From Lytechinus pictus (taxonomy: Eukaryota), in NCBI RefSeq assembly GCF_037042905.1, contig NC_087251.1:11224001-11288000 (forward strand): a stretch of 64,000 nt of DNA, read 5' to 3'. The number at the start of each line of letters is the position of its first letter. The stretch's first letter is position 1. A model generated the notes under the pieces. The model saw nothing but the letters and a program-made list of their open reading frames with translations. It did no database searches and was not told the DNA's origin. Shown here piece by piece: positions 27,401-38,700 of this stretch. A program made the translations under genes and the position numbers.

Positions 27401-27962
27401 CCATGGAATACTTCGACGTTTTATTATCGCCCTTTAATAGTTTTGAAAGCCCCAAAGTAGCAGAATTCTATAAGGACATTTCGAACAATCCCCGACCAAA
27501 ATTTGCTTCATGCTACCCGTTAATAAAAAATTGGCCCTTCCTGATTTTGTTGGTGATTTTTTTTTTTAAGAGGGGGTGGTCAGATAAAATTTTGTGACAG
27601 TTTGTATTCCCCTGCTCTGACAGGTTTTAAATTTACCCTCAAGTCAGTGAAGAGCGCTCTTGCTTACGTACTTGAGGTTGGCCTGAAAATTGAAGGATGC
27701 GTTTTGGGTTTTTTTAAATAATAATCAATAATAAACAATAATCAGGATCTATTCTTACCACTTGCCCAATTTGATGTATAGATAACGCGACATTGATGGT
27801 AACAGCCACCGTATCTTGGTTGGGTGACATCAGCGCCTGGTAATCCATTAACATCTTCGTATATAGGCGCGATCGAACAGTATTGCCCGCTAATAGAAGA
27901 AATAAAATATATAAGCAATGGAATAATTAATTAAATAGCCTCATCCCCTTTCCCTCCCCATA

Positions 27963-28000
<38 letters not shown>

Positions 28001-28042
28001 TACTACTACTACTACTATACTACTACTACCACTACCACCACT

Positions 28043-28077
<35 letters not shown>

Positions 28078-31000
28078 AACTACTACGACTACTACCACTA
28101 CCACCACTACTACTACTATACTACTACTACTACTACAACTACTACGACTACTACCATTACCATGCACCACTACCACCACTACTACCACTACCATGCACCA
28201 CTACTACTACTACTACTTTGTACTAATGTTGTTGTTGTTGTTATTGGTGGTGGTGGTGGTGTGCTGCATGCTGCTACTACTATTACTTGTACCTACTATA
28301 CACCTACCACCACTTTGTTGCCGTTACTATTTTCTCCATATCCTGATAACATAAGATGCTCATAGTGGTTGTGTAAAATCCTTCACTTTCTCCAGGGATC
28401 AGTGTGGCGATCGGAATAGGAGATTGCCATTTAAACGAGAAACCAGATATCGATGATGAGGGGATGAGCCTCACCTCACCCCACCCCACTCTCCTGCCCT
28501 ATTTTCATCTCTCGGTGCCCCTTGATGAATTCAACCATGGACCTATAGGTCCATGATTCAACCACCTCGACTATCCATCCATACTTTTTACATTCAGCGC
28601 AATATTTTTATTTTTTTCGGAAAGAGAGTGAAATTATACCCTTGCGTGTACGGAGTTGATTTATAGCATGAGGCGTGTGATCATGACCATTGACCTGCCT
28701 TTTAATCCGAAAAATAAGAACATTGTAGGCATCCTGTTGTGATCTCTGCTGTTCTAATCTCTGTTACCAACAATGTCATTGTTTGACTCTCAATCATATC
28801 ATGTATTGAATTACTTTCCATGAAAAACTTATTTATCAACATGGAGTCATTGGGCGCAAACAGCAGAAGTCGCAATTGATAAAAATGTTAGAAATATTCG
28901 CGGAAGCAGGTGGATATTATATTTATGGAATTGAGTTTCACAAAAAAATGATACCAGGGATGAATTTGCCGTTATTAAGTTATTTTTTAGTTTGTTATTC
29001 TTCCATTTCCGGTTGTAGCTTATGCTAAATTCAGCCAATTCAGCGCGTAATTAGATAACTCCTTCAATTTTTTTCAAAGGATTCTTTAAGAATTTGTTTC
29101 CCTTTTTAAAGATATGTTTTCGATTTTCTTTCTTTTCCTCTCATTCCGTATCTTCTTTGATTTTTGTCATGTTTTTTTTTATAATAATTCCAGTCTTCAT
29201 CATCTAAGTGTCCGAGTCGTCAACAATCGAATATTTTCAAAACATGCTCATGATTATTGCTAAAATACTTGTTTTTCAATTTCTTTCTTCTTCTTATTCT
29301 ATTTTATTTTTTGGGGGGGTGGCTTATCAAAATTGTTGTCGATTCTCGCGTCACCAGAAAATACATCAGTACCAAAACTTGAATACATGAGCTTCAAATT
29401 CCTTCACCATTATCTCCACAATACATGTATCTTGTAATAAGGCATTAAATCCCATAAAATTATGTACACAATTTAATTCATTTTTCGAAAAGCGTAATAG
29501 ATACCAATAAAAATTATTATTATAATAATAACAACAACAATAAATACTAATAATTATGATAATGATAATAACGATAATGATGATGATGATGATGATGATG
29601 AAGATGATGCTGATGATGATGATGATGATGATATTTCATAAATCAAAAGTGTTGGTAAAATAAAAGATGACGACGGTGACGACCACGAGGATGATGATGG
29701 TAATGGTAATGCTGATGATGGTAATAATAAAAAAATATATATATTTCATAAATCAAAAGCGTTGATAAAGTAAAGGATGGCGGCGGGCCGTTGAAGACGA
29801 TTACGACGATGATGACGATGATGGTTATGATGATGATGGTGGTGGTGGTAGTAGTGATGATTATGGTGATGAAGATGGTGAAAGTGATGATGATGATGCT
29901 GATGATAGTAGTAGTGATAATGATAATAATGGTGATGATGATGATGATGATGGTGGTGGTGATGATGATTATGATAATTAGAAATTTATATAAAATAGGC
30001 TCAAAAATCCAGATACCAATATTGATACCGGTCAATGTTATTACAATTTCATTTTCTGACTGTATAACGTTATTGTTTGTCCATCATCCCTAATTAATTC
30101 ACGCATGAGTCGGCCATTATATTTCGAGTGTTCAGTAGAACGAAAATAATTAATTGCAAAATAAATTGATTGTTGAAACACGAGGATGACACGGACTTCT
30201 GCAGATAGTTTCACCATTAAAGCGTGGCATGCAAAATAAAGGCCGTTTAAAATTGGGAATATAGGCCTATACTGATATCTGATACTTTATATTGACTGAG
30301 TGGAATTTCGTTTAAGGGCATTTTGTACTATCGCCAAGGGAAAGGAACCGTTTTGCCACCTCTTGCCTATGTGTTTGAAATCAATCATACCATTCACAAA
30401 TATAACACTCGAAATAGTAAAAAAAAATCATATCTAACCCATATAAATAAACAGTATATGCAAAAATCAGTCAGATATACAGGCCCACAGTATGGAACTC
30501 ATTGCCAATTTCTATTACCATGATTACGGGGAACGTCTTCTTGAATACTTGAATTCTTGAATAAAAATCTTATAGTTTATTTGTTATCATATTAATTAAT
30601 TTCCATCTTGTACCTAAAACCATTCAATATTTACAATGATGGAATCTATGTAAAATTCCACCAGATTGAGAGATGGGGGTGGGGTTAGAACGAGGGGACA
30701 GGGGAGGGGGCAAGACGTTGAATTCAAATACATGCGCCATTTATATATTATCATTACACTCTATTATCTGTATTTAATTCACCTTTTGGACTAAAAAGCT
30801 TTCTATACAGATGTTTCTTTTACACATATTTTATGATCAATAATGCTTATTTTTCTTGTATATACATGTGTATTTCGTGAATGTACATATTTTGATGTTT
30901 TTAATGGAAAAGAATAAACAAATCAAGTGGAATAGGCGGGATAATGTCAAATAGTTACTGGTTGCCCGAAACATAATTATTACATGTGCATCTACCGTTA

Positions 31001-31196
31001 ACTTGTGAACGCATTTTTATAACCAACAAAGTGTATATCTGCAGATGATGTAGTTGATATCCTGCGAACTCAGATCTGTTTACATCTTGCAATTATTAAT
31101 ATAATAATTTATATAACTTTTAAATAGTGCAATTCTCAAACCTGTAAGGACTCTCAATGTATAAAACTCCCAAAACAACAAAAACGGTAATAACAT
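20618..31196 (-). CDS. Divergent pentameric ligand-gated ion channel (nAChR-like Cys-loop) subunit, 374 aa; complement(join(20618..21404,23045..23151,24832..24876,27759..27889,31142..31196))
   Basis: Exons of 55/131/45/107/787 nt splice in frame (1125 nt). Signal-like MLLPFLLFWEFYTLRVLTA; helix RSRLYTKMLMDY; SWMDQTLSWDMEEY...VWEPDTTL (WxDxxLxW, WxPD); C...CTLKMG; M1 LVAPSIMTSLAALGVFFLPP; GER at the start of M2; four hydrophobic segments. The 55-nt and 45-nt exons and their phases match the nAChR gene scaffold as remembered. Confidence 0.88.
22105..22324. mobile_element. Small MITE remnant
   Basis: GTGTGGCAAGAAA..TTGCGATCAAT / ATTGATCGCAAGTTTCTTGCAACGC inverted ends. Confidence 0.55.
23045..23151 (-). 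CDS. Cys-loop receptor exon 4
   Basis: atcgtacag|AGC...GG|gtatgt; SWMDQTLSWDMEEYNITSIYIPRHAVWEPDTTLHM. Confidence 0.92.
23340..23943. mobile_element. Kolobok-type MITE
   Basis: ttaa|AGG...CCT|ttaa; ~150-bp TIRs. Confidence 0.88.
24303..24789. mobile_element. Older Kolobok-type MITE remnant
   Basis: AAAGGGGAGGTTCC... start and ...CAGGGTGGATTTCCCATTT end; CCATAACTTTGTTATT block. Confidence 0.45.
24832..24876 (-). CDS. Cys-loop receptor exon 3 (45-nt beta2/loop D exon)
   Basis: tttccccaatag|AAT...CAG|gtaat; NEADGTVKVCFGLYQ. Confidence 0.85.
24914..25499. mobile_element. Kolobok-type MITE, inverted relative to 23340-23943
   Basis: ttaa|AGGACAAGTCCAC...GTGGACTTGACCT|ttaa. Confidence 0.88.
25683..27260. 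mobile_element. Kolobok-type MITE (second subfamily) hosting a Tc1-like insertion
   Basis: ttaa|AGGGATGGTC ... GACCATCCCT|ttag; left TIR resumes after 26695. Confidence 0.8.
25722..26693. mobile_element. Tc1/mariner-type non-autonomous element
   Basis: ta|CAGTGCGT.T(A)nGTTTACACTT ... AAGTGTAAAC(T)nATACGCACTG|ta. Confidence 0.85.
27759..27889 (-). CDS. Cys-loop receptor exon 2
   Basis: tttcttctattag|CG...GTG|gtaag; GNTVRSRLYTKMLMDYQALMSPNQDTVAVTINVALSIHQIGQV. Confidence 0.85.
27963..28215. repeat. (TAC/CAC)n microsatellite
   Basis: Direct inspection. Confidence 0.95.
28536..28555. mobile_element. 20-bp perfect palindrome between 7-bp direct repeats (transposon footprint or micro-element)
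   Basis: attcaac|CATGGACCTATAGGTCCATG|attcaac. Confidence 0.7.
29520..29980. repeat. (GAT/GGT/AAT)n low-complexity microsatellite with an internal duplicated unique block
   Basis: Direct inspection; ATATTTCATAAATCAAAAG.GTTG.TAA occurs twice. Confidence 0.9.
30340..30925 (+). mobile_element. LINE 3' remnant
   Basis: HKYNTRN...KSVRYTGP..WNSLP-type ORF2 tail followed by AT-rich UTR ending AATAAAC. Confidence 0.55.
31142..31196 (-). CDS. Cys-loop receptor exon 1 (signal peptide)
   Basis: ATG TTA TTA CCG TTT TTG TTG TTT TGG...CTT ACA G|gtttga; 55 nt, phase 1 fits the next exon. Confidence 0.7.
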
Positions 31197-31273
31197 GGGG
31201 GTTAACTACCGGAATAATATTATTCAAAGCTGTATTAAACCCCCCCCCCCCCTCCCCCGATGAGAATGTCTTA

Positions 31274-34200
31274 AGCAAGGTTTCCACTTTGGCGAGTTGG
31301 AGTTGCGAGTCATACGCGAGCTGCGCGAGCTCTAACTCGCCTTAGCTCGCACAAGCTCGCGTGAAATTTACATTTTCCCCTGGAATTTGCTTGAGTGACA
31401 AACGACTCAACATCGAGTTCACTACGCTCGTTGTACGAGTGAACCGAGCGCGAAACGAGTCAGACCGAGCTTAGTATGAGTTGCGGTGACCTTTATACGA
31501 CTTAAAGCGAGCTATGAACGAGTTATAAAGATTTTGTTACGAGTGATAAGAGTTTCATACGACCAAGGGGCGGGAAATGCACATTTTTGGCACTCAAAGA
31601 TGGATGCCGGCGGAAGCGGCGTCAACACCAAATCTTAACCGAAGGTTAAGTTTTTAAAATGGCATCATAACTTAGAAAGTATATGGACCTAGTTCATGAA
31701 ACTTGACCATAAGGTTTATCAAGCATTATAAAAGATCCTTCTCGAGTTTCAGGTCACAAGACCAAGGTCAGAGATCATTTATGGTCAATGAACGTAGACC
31801 ATGTTTAGGGAATCAACATCAAAATCTTAACCTACGGTTAAGTTTTTGAAATGTCATCATAACTTAGAAAATATATGAACCTTTTTCATGAAACGTGGAC
31901 ATAAGGTTATTAAAGTATATAAACATCCTGCTTGAGTTTCAAGTCACAAGTCAATTAGGGTCAATGCATGGACTTTGGCCAATTGGGGTATTTGTTAAAT
32001 TAACATAACTTTGAAAGTTTATGAATCTGATTCATGAAACTTGAACATAAGAGTAATCAGGTATCACTAAACATCCTGTGCAGATATCAGGTCACATGTC
32101 CAAGGTCAAAGGTCAATGAACTTTAGTGATGTTCGGGTGATCTGTTGAATTACCATCATAACTTTAAAAGTTTATAGATCTGATTCATGAATCTTGGACA
32201 TAAGAGTAATCAAGTATTCCTGAACATCCTGTGCGAGTTTCAGGTCACATGACGAAGGTCAAAGGTCATTTAAGGTCAATAAACTTTGGCCATGTTGGGG
32301 GTATTTGTTGAATTACCATCATAACTTTGAAAGCTTATGGATATGATTCATCAACTTGGATATTAGAGTAGTCAAGTATCACCGAACATTTCATGCCAGT
32401 TTCAGGTCACATGACCAATGTCAAAGGTCATTTAAGGTTATTGAACTTTGATCATTTTGGAGATTAATACTATAGTGCTGTCATAACTTTCAAAGTTTAG
32501 ATACAGTTTATAAAATGTGGATATAGGGGTAATCTAGTATCACTCACAAGTCTTAGGTCACATGATAAAGGTCAAATGTCATTTATTGTCAATGAACGTA
32601 GTATTGTATCAATGTATGAATGGTGTTTTTGTGAATAATTATTTTATAATAGTTTTCAGAGTCAGCACTACTTCTATATTGGGTAGCGTGATGCAGGTGA
32701 GACTGCCAGAGGCGCTCCACTTGGACCTTAATTGTCTATAATTTGGTGTCTTGTTCTTTTACCTTGGCTCTGCTCGTCATTGACCTCCTCTTCCGTTTCA
32801 ATTGTCCCTTCCTGCACTTCTTCTACCCTTGTTTGAATGTCATCTTCTTTCGCTGTTTCCTATCTGAATGGCCACAACTCTTGGATCTTTTGGATCGAGG
32901 CATATTTCTCTCCTTATTTGTTGAAAGTTGTAATAATGCAGTTGGAACAGCCTTTTTTAAAGTACGATGACTGCGTCGGTCAGTTAAAATGTGCGCTCAC
33001 TTTAAAATAAACTCCTCAAAAAAAGTTTGGAAATTCGACTTTAATCAAAACTCCCTCCTCAGTTTTAGTAAATATCAATTGTTATTAATATCAATGAATA
33101 GATCATTTAAGTGTCTTTAAAATGATACCCTACATGATATGATTATGGTTCACATGGAGGTGCAGTGCCTTGAAATGTAGGGCAAGGTCAAAATTCAATA
33201 TTAAGTTGCAAAGAGACACAATATTGAAAGTCACTGTTCCTTTTTCCGTGGTGATGAGTGAGTATTTTAAGCGGTTTCTTTTGAGTTCGATCGGTAATCC
33301 CGCCTCGGTTTTAGTAAATATCAATGTTGAATTAATATCAATGAATAGATCATTTAATTTTCTTTTAAAAGATACTTTCCATGGTATGATTTTTGCTCAC
33401 ATGGAGGTGCAGTGCCTTGAAATGCGGGGCACGGTCAAAATTCAAAATTTGCAAAATGACACAATATTGAAAGTCACTGTTCTTTTCTTTCATGATGATG
33501 AGTGAGATTATCAGCAATTGTTTTCATGCACTTTAACATCAACATTTAAATGGAATCAAACACACCTCTGCACAAGCAAACACACAGCAATCAAACATAA
33601 ACCACAACAAAACATTATGAAATGAAAAAGCAGGGGTTTGATTTGAATGGATTTTCATCTTTATTGACACAGACAAAAAAATCATGTTCTGTATTGACCC
33701 TTCATGATTACTTCTGCTCGTTTTGCAGCTTTTTACTTCAGACCTCATCCAACACTTATTAATTTTGCTCTTTTTTTATGGCATGATCATAACAAGCATG
33801 GGATCATTTTAAAGAGAATCAAATGATCTTTTGAAAGATATCAAATATGCATTGTGTAAAATTTGGAGTCGGGATAAATTAATGGCCAAACTCAGATTTC
33901 CAAACTTTTTTGCTCGTTTTGCAACTTTTCAATTCAGACTTTATCCAACACTTTTGAATCCTGCTCTTATCGTGATGGCATGATCATAACAAGCATGGTA
34001 CCATTGTAAAGAAAATTGAATGACCTTTTAAATGATGTCAAATATGCAATGTGTAAATTTTGGAGTTGGGGAAAATTAATGGTCAAATTCAGATTTCCAA
34101 ACTTTTTTGAGGGGTTTATATGTGGGGAAAATATAGATCACTGGACATTTATCATTCAGCTGGCATGCCTCTGAGCTATTGCAACGCACTCGGAATAAAC

Positions 34201-34675
34201 TCATACGAAACTCGCTGTAACTCGGGGTGCTCGATCTAAAGTCGCGCTAATCTCGTGGGCACCTCCAGTTGATTCGTAAAACGATCGCAATGCTCGTATC
34301 TCGCTCTTGAAAACTCGGAATGCACTCGCGTATACTCAGATGTGGCGAGTTATTACGAGTTATTGTGAGTTTATCTCGAGCTTCTTACGAGTTATTGCGA
34401 GTACTGCGAGTATATAACGAGTTTAGGTGAGTTCAGCACGAGTTACAGCGAGTTAGCAAATTTTTTGAACATGTTCAAAATTTAGAAACTGCTCACGATT
34501 TCATGGAGAGTTGTCCCGAGCTTGAACGAGCTCCGCCGAGCCATGCCGAGTTGTCGCGAGTTATCCCGAGTTTCATGGTGAGCTTTATGCGAGTTATCGC
34601 GAGTGCCTCATTTTGGCAACTCGCTATAACTCGCCATAACTCGTGATGTTAACTCGCCAAAGTGGAAACCTTGCT
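31274..34675. mobile_element. PIF/Harbinger-type non-autonomous element, copy A (3.4 kb)
   Basis: tta|AGCAAGGTTTCCACTTTGGCGAGTT ... AACTCGCCAAAGTGGAAACCTTGCT|tta; TTA TSD; CGAGTT-rich subterminal regions. Confidence 0.88.
31606..32722 (+). mobile_element. 5'-truncated HINE/Helentron element nested in copy A
   Basis: GGCGGCGTCAACACCAAATCTTAACC ... ATGCAGGTGAGACTGCCAGAGGCGCTCCACTTG. Confidence 0.8.
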
Positions 34676-34678
34676 TTA

Positions 34679-37600
34679 AGCAAGGTTTCCACTTTGGCGA
34701 GTTAACATCGCGAGTTATAGCGAGTTGCCAAAATGAGGCACTCGCGATAACTCGCATAAAGCTCACCATGAAACTCTGGATAACTCGCGACAACTCGGCA
34801 TGGCTCGGCGGAGCTTGTTCAAGCTCGGGACAACTCTCCTTGAAATCGTGAGCAGTTTCAAAATTTTTGAACATGTTCAAAAATTTTGCTAACTCACTGT
34901 AACTCGTGCTGAACTCACCTAAACTCGTTATATACTCGCAGTACTCGCAATAACTCGTAAGAAGCTCGAGATAAACTCACAATAACTCGGAATAACTCGC
35001 CACATCTGAGTATACGCGAGTGCGTTCCGAGTTTTCAAGAGCGAGATACGAGCATTGCGATCGTTTTACGAGTCAACTGGAGGTGCCCACGAGATTAGCG
35101 CGACTTTAGATCGAGCACCCCGAGTTACAGCGAGTTTCGTATGAGTTTATTCCGAGTGCGTTGCAAGTGCTCAGAGGCATGCCAGCTGAATGATAAATGT
35201 CCAGTGATCTATATTTTCCCCACATATAAACCCCTCAAAAAAAGTTTGGAAATCTGAGTTTGGCCATTAATTTCTCCCAACTCCAAAATTTACACATTGC
35301 ATATTTGACATCATTTAAAAGGTCATTCAATTATCTTTACAATGATACCATGCTTGTTATGATCATGCCATCACGAAAAGAGCAGGATTCAAAAGTGTTG
35401 GATGAAGTCTGAATTGAAAAGCTGCAAAACGAGCAAAAAAGTTTGGAAATCTGAGTTTGGCCATTAATTTCTCCCAACTCCAAAATTTACACAATGCATA
35501 TTTGATATCTTTCAAAAGATCATTTGATTCTCTTTAAAATGATTCCATGCTTGTTATGATCATGTCATCAAAAAAAGAGCAAAATTGAAAAGTGTTGGAT
35601 GAGGTCTGAAGTAAAAAGCTGCAAAACGAGCAGAAATAATCATGAAGGGTCAATACAGAACATGATTCTTTTGTCTGTGTCAATAAAGATGAAAATCAAT
35701 TGAAATCAAACCCCTGCTTTTTCATTTCATAATGTTTTGTTGTGGTTTATGTTTGTTTGTTGTGTGTTTGCTTGTGCAGAGGTGTGTTTGATTCCATTTG
35801 AATGTTGATGTTAAGGTGCATGAAAACAATTGCTGAGAATCTCACTCATCATCATGGAAGAAAAGAACAGTGACATTCAATATTGTGTCATTTTGCAAAT
35901 TTTGAATTTTGACCTTGCCCCACATTTCAAGGCACTGCACCTCCATGTGAGCCAAAATCATATCATGGAAAGTATCATTTTAAAGAAAATTAAATGATCT
36001 ATTTATTGATATTAATTTAACATTGATATTTACTAAAACCGAGGCGGGATTACCGATCAAACTCAAAAGAAACCGCTTAAAAAACTCACTCATCACCACG
36101 GAAAAAGGAACAGTGACTTTCAATATTGTGTCACTTTGCAACTTAATTTTGAATTTTGACCTTGCTCCACATTTCAAGGCACTGCACCTCCATGTGAACC
36201 ATATTCATATCATGTAGGGTATCATTTTAAAGAAAATCGAATGATCTATTCATTGATATTAATAACAATTGATATTTACTTAAACCGAGGAGGGAGTTTT
36301 GATTAAAGTCGGATTTCCAAACTCTTTTGAGGAGTTTATTTTAAAGTGAGAGCACATTTTAACTGACCCACGCAATGTACACGTACATTCAAAAAGGCTG
36401 CTGCCACTGCATTATTACAACTTTCAACAAATAAGGAGAGAAATATGCCTCGATCCAAAAGATCCAAGAGTTGTGGCCATTCAGATAGGGAAACAGCGAA
36501 AGAAGATGACATTCAAACAAGGGTACAAGAAGTGCAGGAAGAGACAATCGAAACGGAAGAGGAGGTCAATGACGAGCAGAGCCAAGGTAAAAGAACAAGA
36601 CATCAAACTAGACAAGGTCCAAGTGGAGCGCCTCTGGCAGTCTCACCTGCATCACGCTATCCAATATAGTAGCAGTGCTGACTTTGAAAACTTCTATAAA
36701 ATAATTATTCACAAAAACACCATTCATACAATGATACAATACTACGTTCATTGACAATTAATGACATTTGACCTTGATCATGTGACCTAAGACTTGTCAG
36801 TGATACTTGATTACCCCTATATCCACATTTTATAAACTGTATCTAAACTTTGAAAGTTATGACAGCAATATAGTATTAATCTCCAAAATGGCCAAAGTTC
36901 AATAACCTTAAATGACCTTTGACTTTGGTCATGTGACCTGAAACTGGCATGAGTTTTTCGGTGATACTTGACTACTCTAATATCCAAGTTGATGAATCAT
37001 ATCCATAAGCTTTCAAAGTTATGATGGTAATTCAACAAATACCCCCAACATGACCAAAGTTCATTGACCTTAAATGACCTTTGACCTTCGTCATGTGACC
37101 TGAAACTCACAAAGGATGTTCAGTAATACTTGATTACTCTTATATCCAAGTTTAATGAATCAGATCTATAAACTTTCAAAGTTATGATGGTAATTCAACC
37201 GATCACCCGAACATCACTAAAGTTCATTGACCTTTGACCTTGGACATGTGACCTGAAATTCGCACAGGATGTTTAGTGATACCTGATTACTATTATGTTC
37301 AAGTTTCATGAATCAGATTCATAAACTTTCAAAGTTATAATGTTAATTTAACAAATACCCCAATTGGCCAGTCCATTGACCCTAATTGACCTTTGACCTT
37401 AGTCATGTGACTTGAAACTCAAGCAGGATGTTTATATACTGTAATAACCTTATGTCCACGTTTCATGAACTAGGTTCATATATTTTCTAAGTTATGATGA
37501 CATTTCAAAAACTTAACCGTAGGTTAAGATTTTGATGTTGATTCCCTAAACATGGTCTAAGTTCATTGACCATAAATGACCTCTGACCTTAATCTTGTGA

Positions 37601-38071
37601 CCTGAAACTCAGGAAGGATGTTTAGTAATGCTTGATAAACCTTATGGTCAAGTTTCATGAACTAGGTCTATATACTTTCTAAGTTATGATGCCATTTCAA
37701 AAACTTAACCTTCGGTTAAGATTTGGTGTTGACGCCGCCGCCGCCGGCATCCATCTTTGAGTGCCAAAAATGTGCATATCCCGCCCCTTGGTCGTATGAA
37801 ACTCTTATCACTCGTAACAAAATCTTTATAACTCGTTCATAGCTCGCTTTAAGTCGTATAAAGGTCACCGCAACTCATACTAAGCTCGACCTGACTCGTT
37901 TCGCGCTCGGTTCACTCGTACAGCGAGCGTAGTGAACTCGATGTTGAGTCTTTTGTCACTGAAGCAAATTCCAGGAAAAAATGTTAATTTCACGCGAGCT
38001 TGTGCGAGCTAAGGCGAGTTAGAGCTCGCGTATGACTCGCAACTCCAACTCGCCAAAGTGGAAACCTTGCT
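34679..38071. mobile_element. PIF/Harbinger-type non-autonomous element, copy B, inverted relative to A
   Basis: Same 25-bp TIRs; TTA at 34676-34678 and 38072-38074; reverse complement of copy A along its length. Confidence 0.88.
36620..37749 (-). mobile_element. 5'-truncated HINE/Helentron element nested in copy B
   Basis: Reverse complement of 31606-32722 with the same junctions. Confidence 0.8.
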
Positions 38072-38199
38072 TTAGAATACATGACTGACAATAGTAGATG
38101 CTTTTTGACGGAGCTTATTTACAAGTTATGACATTCATAATCATCTCATCTTTTCACAATCGTTTTTCCTTGCCAAATTGTTATTATTGAAGTTATTCA

Positions 38200-38700
38200 A
38201 ATTCAACTTGTTTTATTCTCTCAGTAAAATCATACATATAAACAATTATGATACAAAGTTAAATACACGTATTACAAATCGGTGTACAATTATGAAATTG
38301 CATTATGATTCAGAGTTGTACTGAGGGGTAGCAGCCAAAAGGGGAAAATCCTTATACAATAGGCCGACCTATTTTACTAATAAACAATATATGCTATATA
38401 CTTTTATATACCGTACATACAATATGTACATTAAATTAACTCATTTAACAACAATTTGCCTATATATTCACGAATACTTTTATATATGCTTTCTAAATTT
38501 ACGTTTGCTTTGAAATTTGCGTAGAGGCTATTCAGTAATAAAACTAGAATACAATATTAATGCTAAGACAATGAAATACAACGCAAAACGGTATACTCAA
38601 TACCTTTGAGCAAGTCAATTCTTTTTAAGGGATTTTTTATAAAGGGATTCAGCTACTATGTCATATCTTTATACTGTCATTATTATTGATAACAATAGTA
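38200..38700 (-). mobile_element. Probable LINE 3' remnant
   Basis: TTTATT start, GGGGTAGCAGCC...GGCCGACC stem, decayed coding-like tail. Confidence 0.4.

Noticed and set aside
29643..30093. Ile/Thr-rich and Met/Val-rich ORFs
   Set aside because: Translations of the (GAT)n microsatellite.
33130..36217. Paired ORFs MIFTKTEAG... and MKC..RSKF... as duplicated genes
   Set aside because: Mirror translations of non-coding internal repeats of the two inverted elements.
31274..38071. Palindrome as a pure sequencing fold-back artefact
   Set aside because: Arms differ by many substitutions and indels, and three same-orientation TTA sites bound two complete elements. Haplotype mis-joining still needs long reads to exclude.
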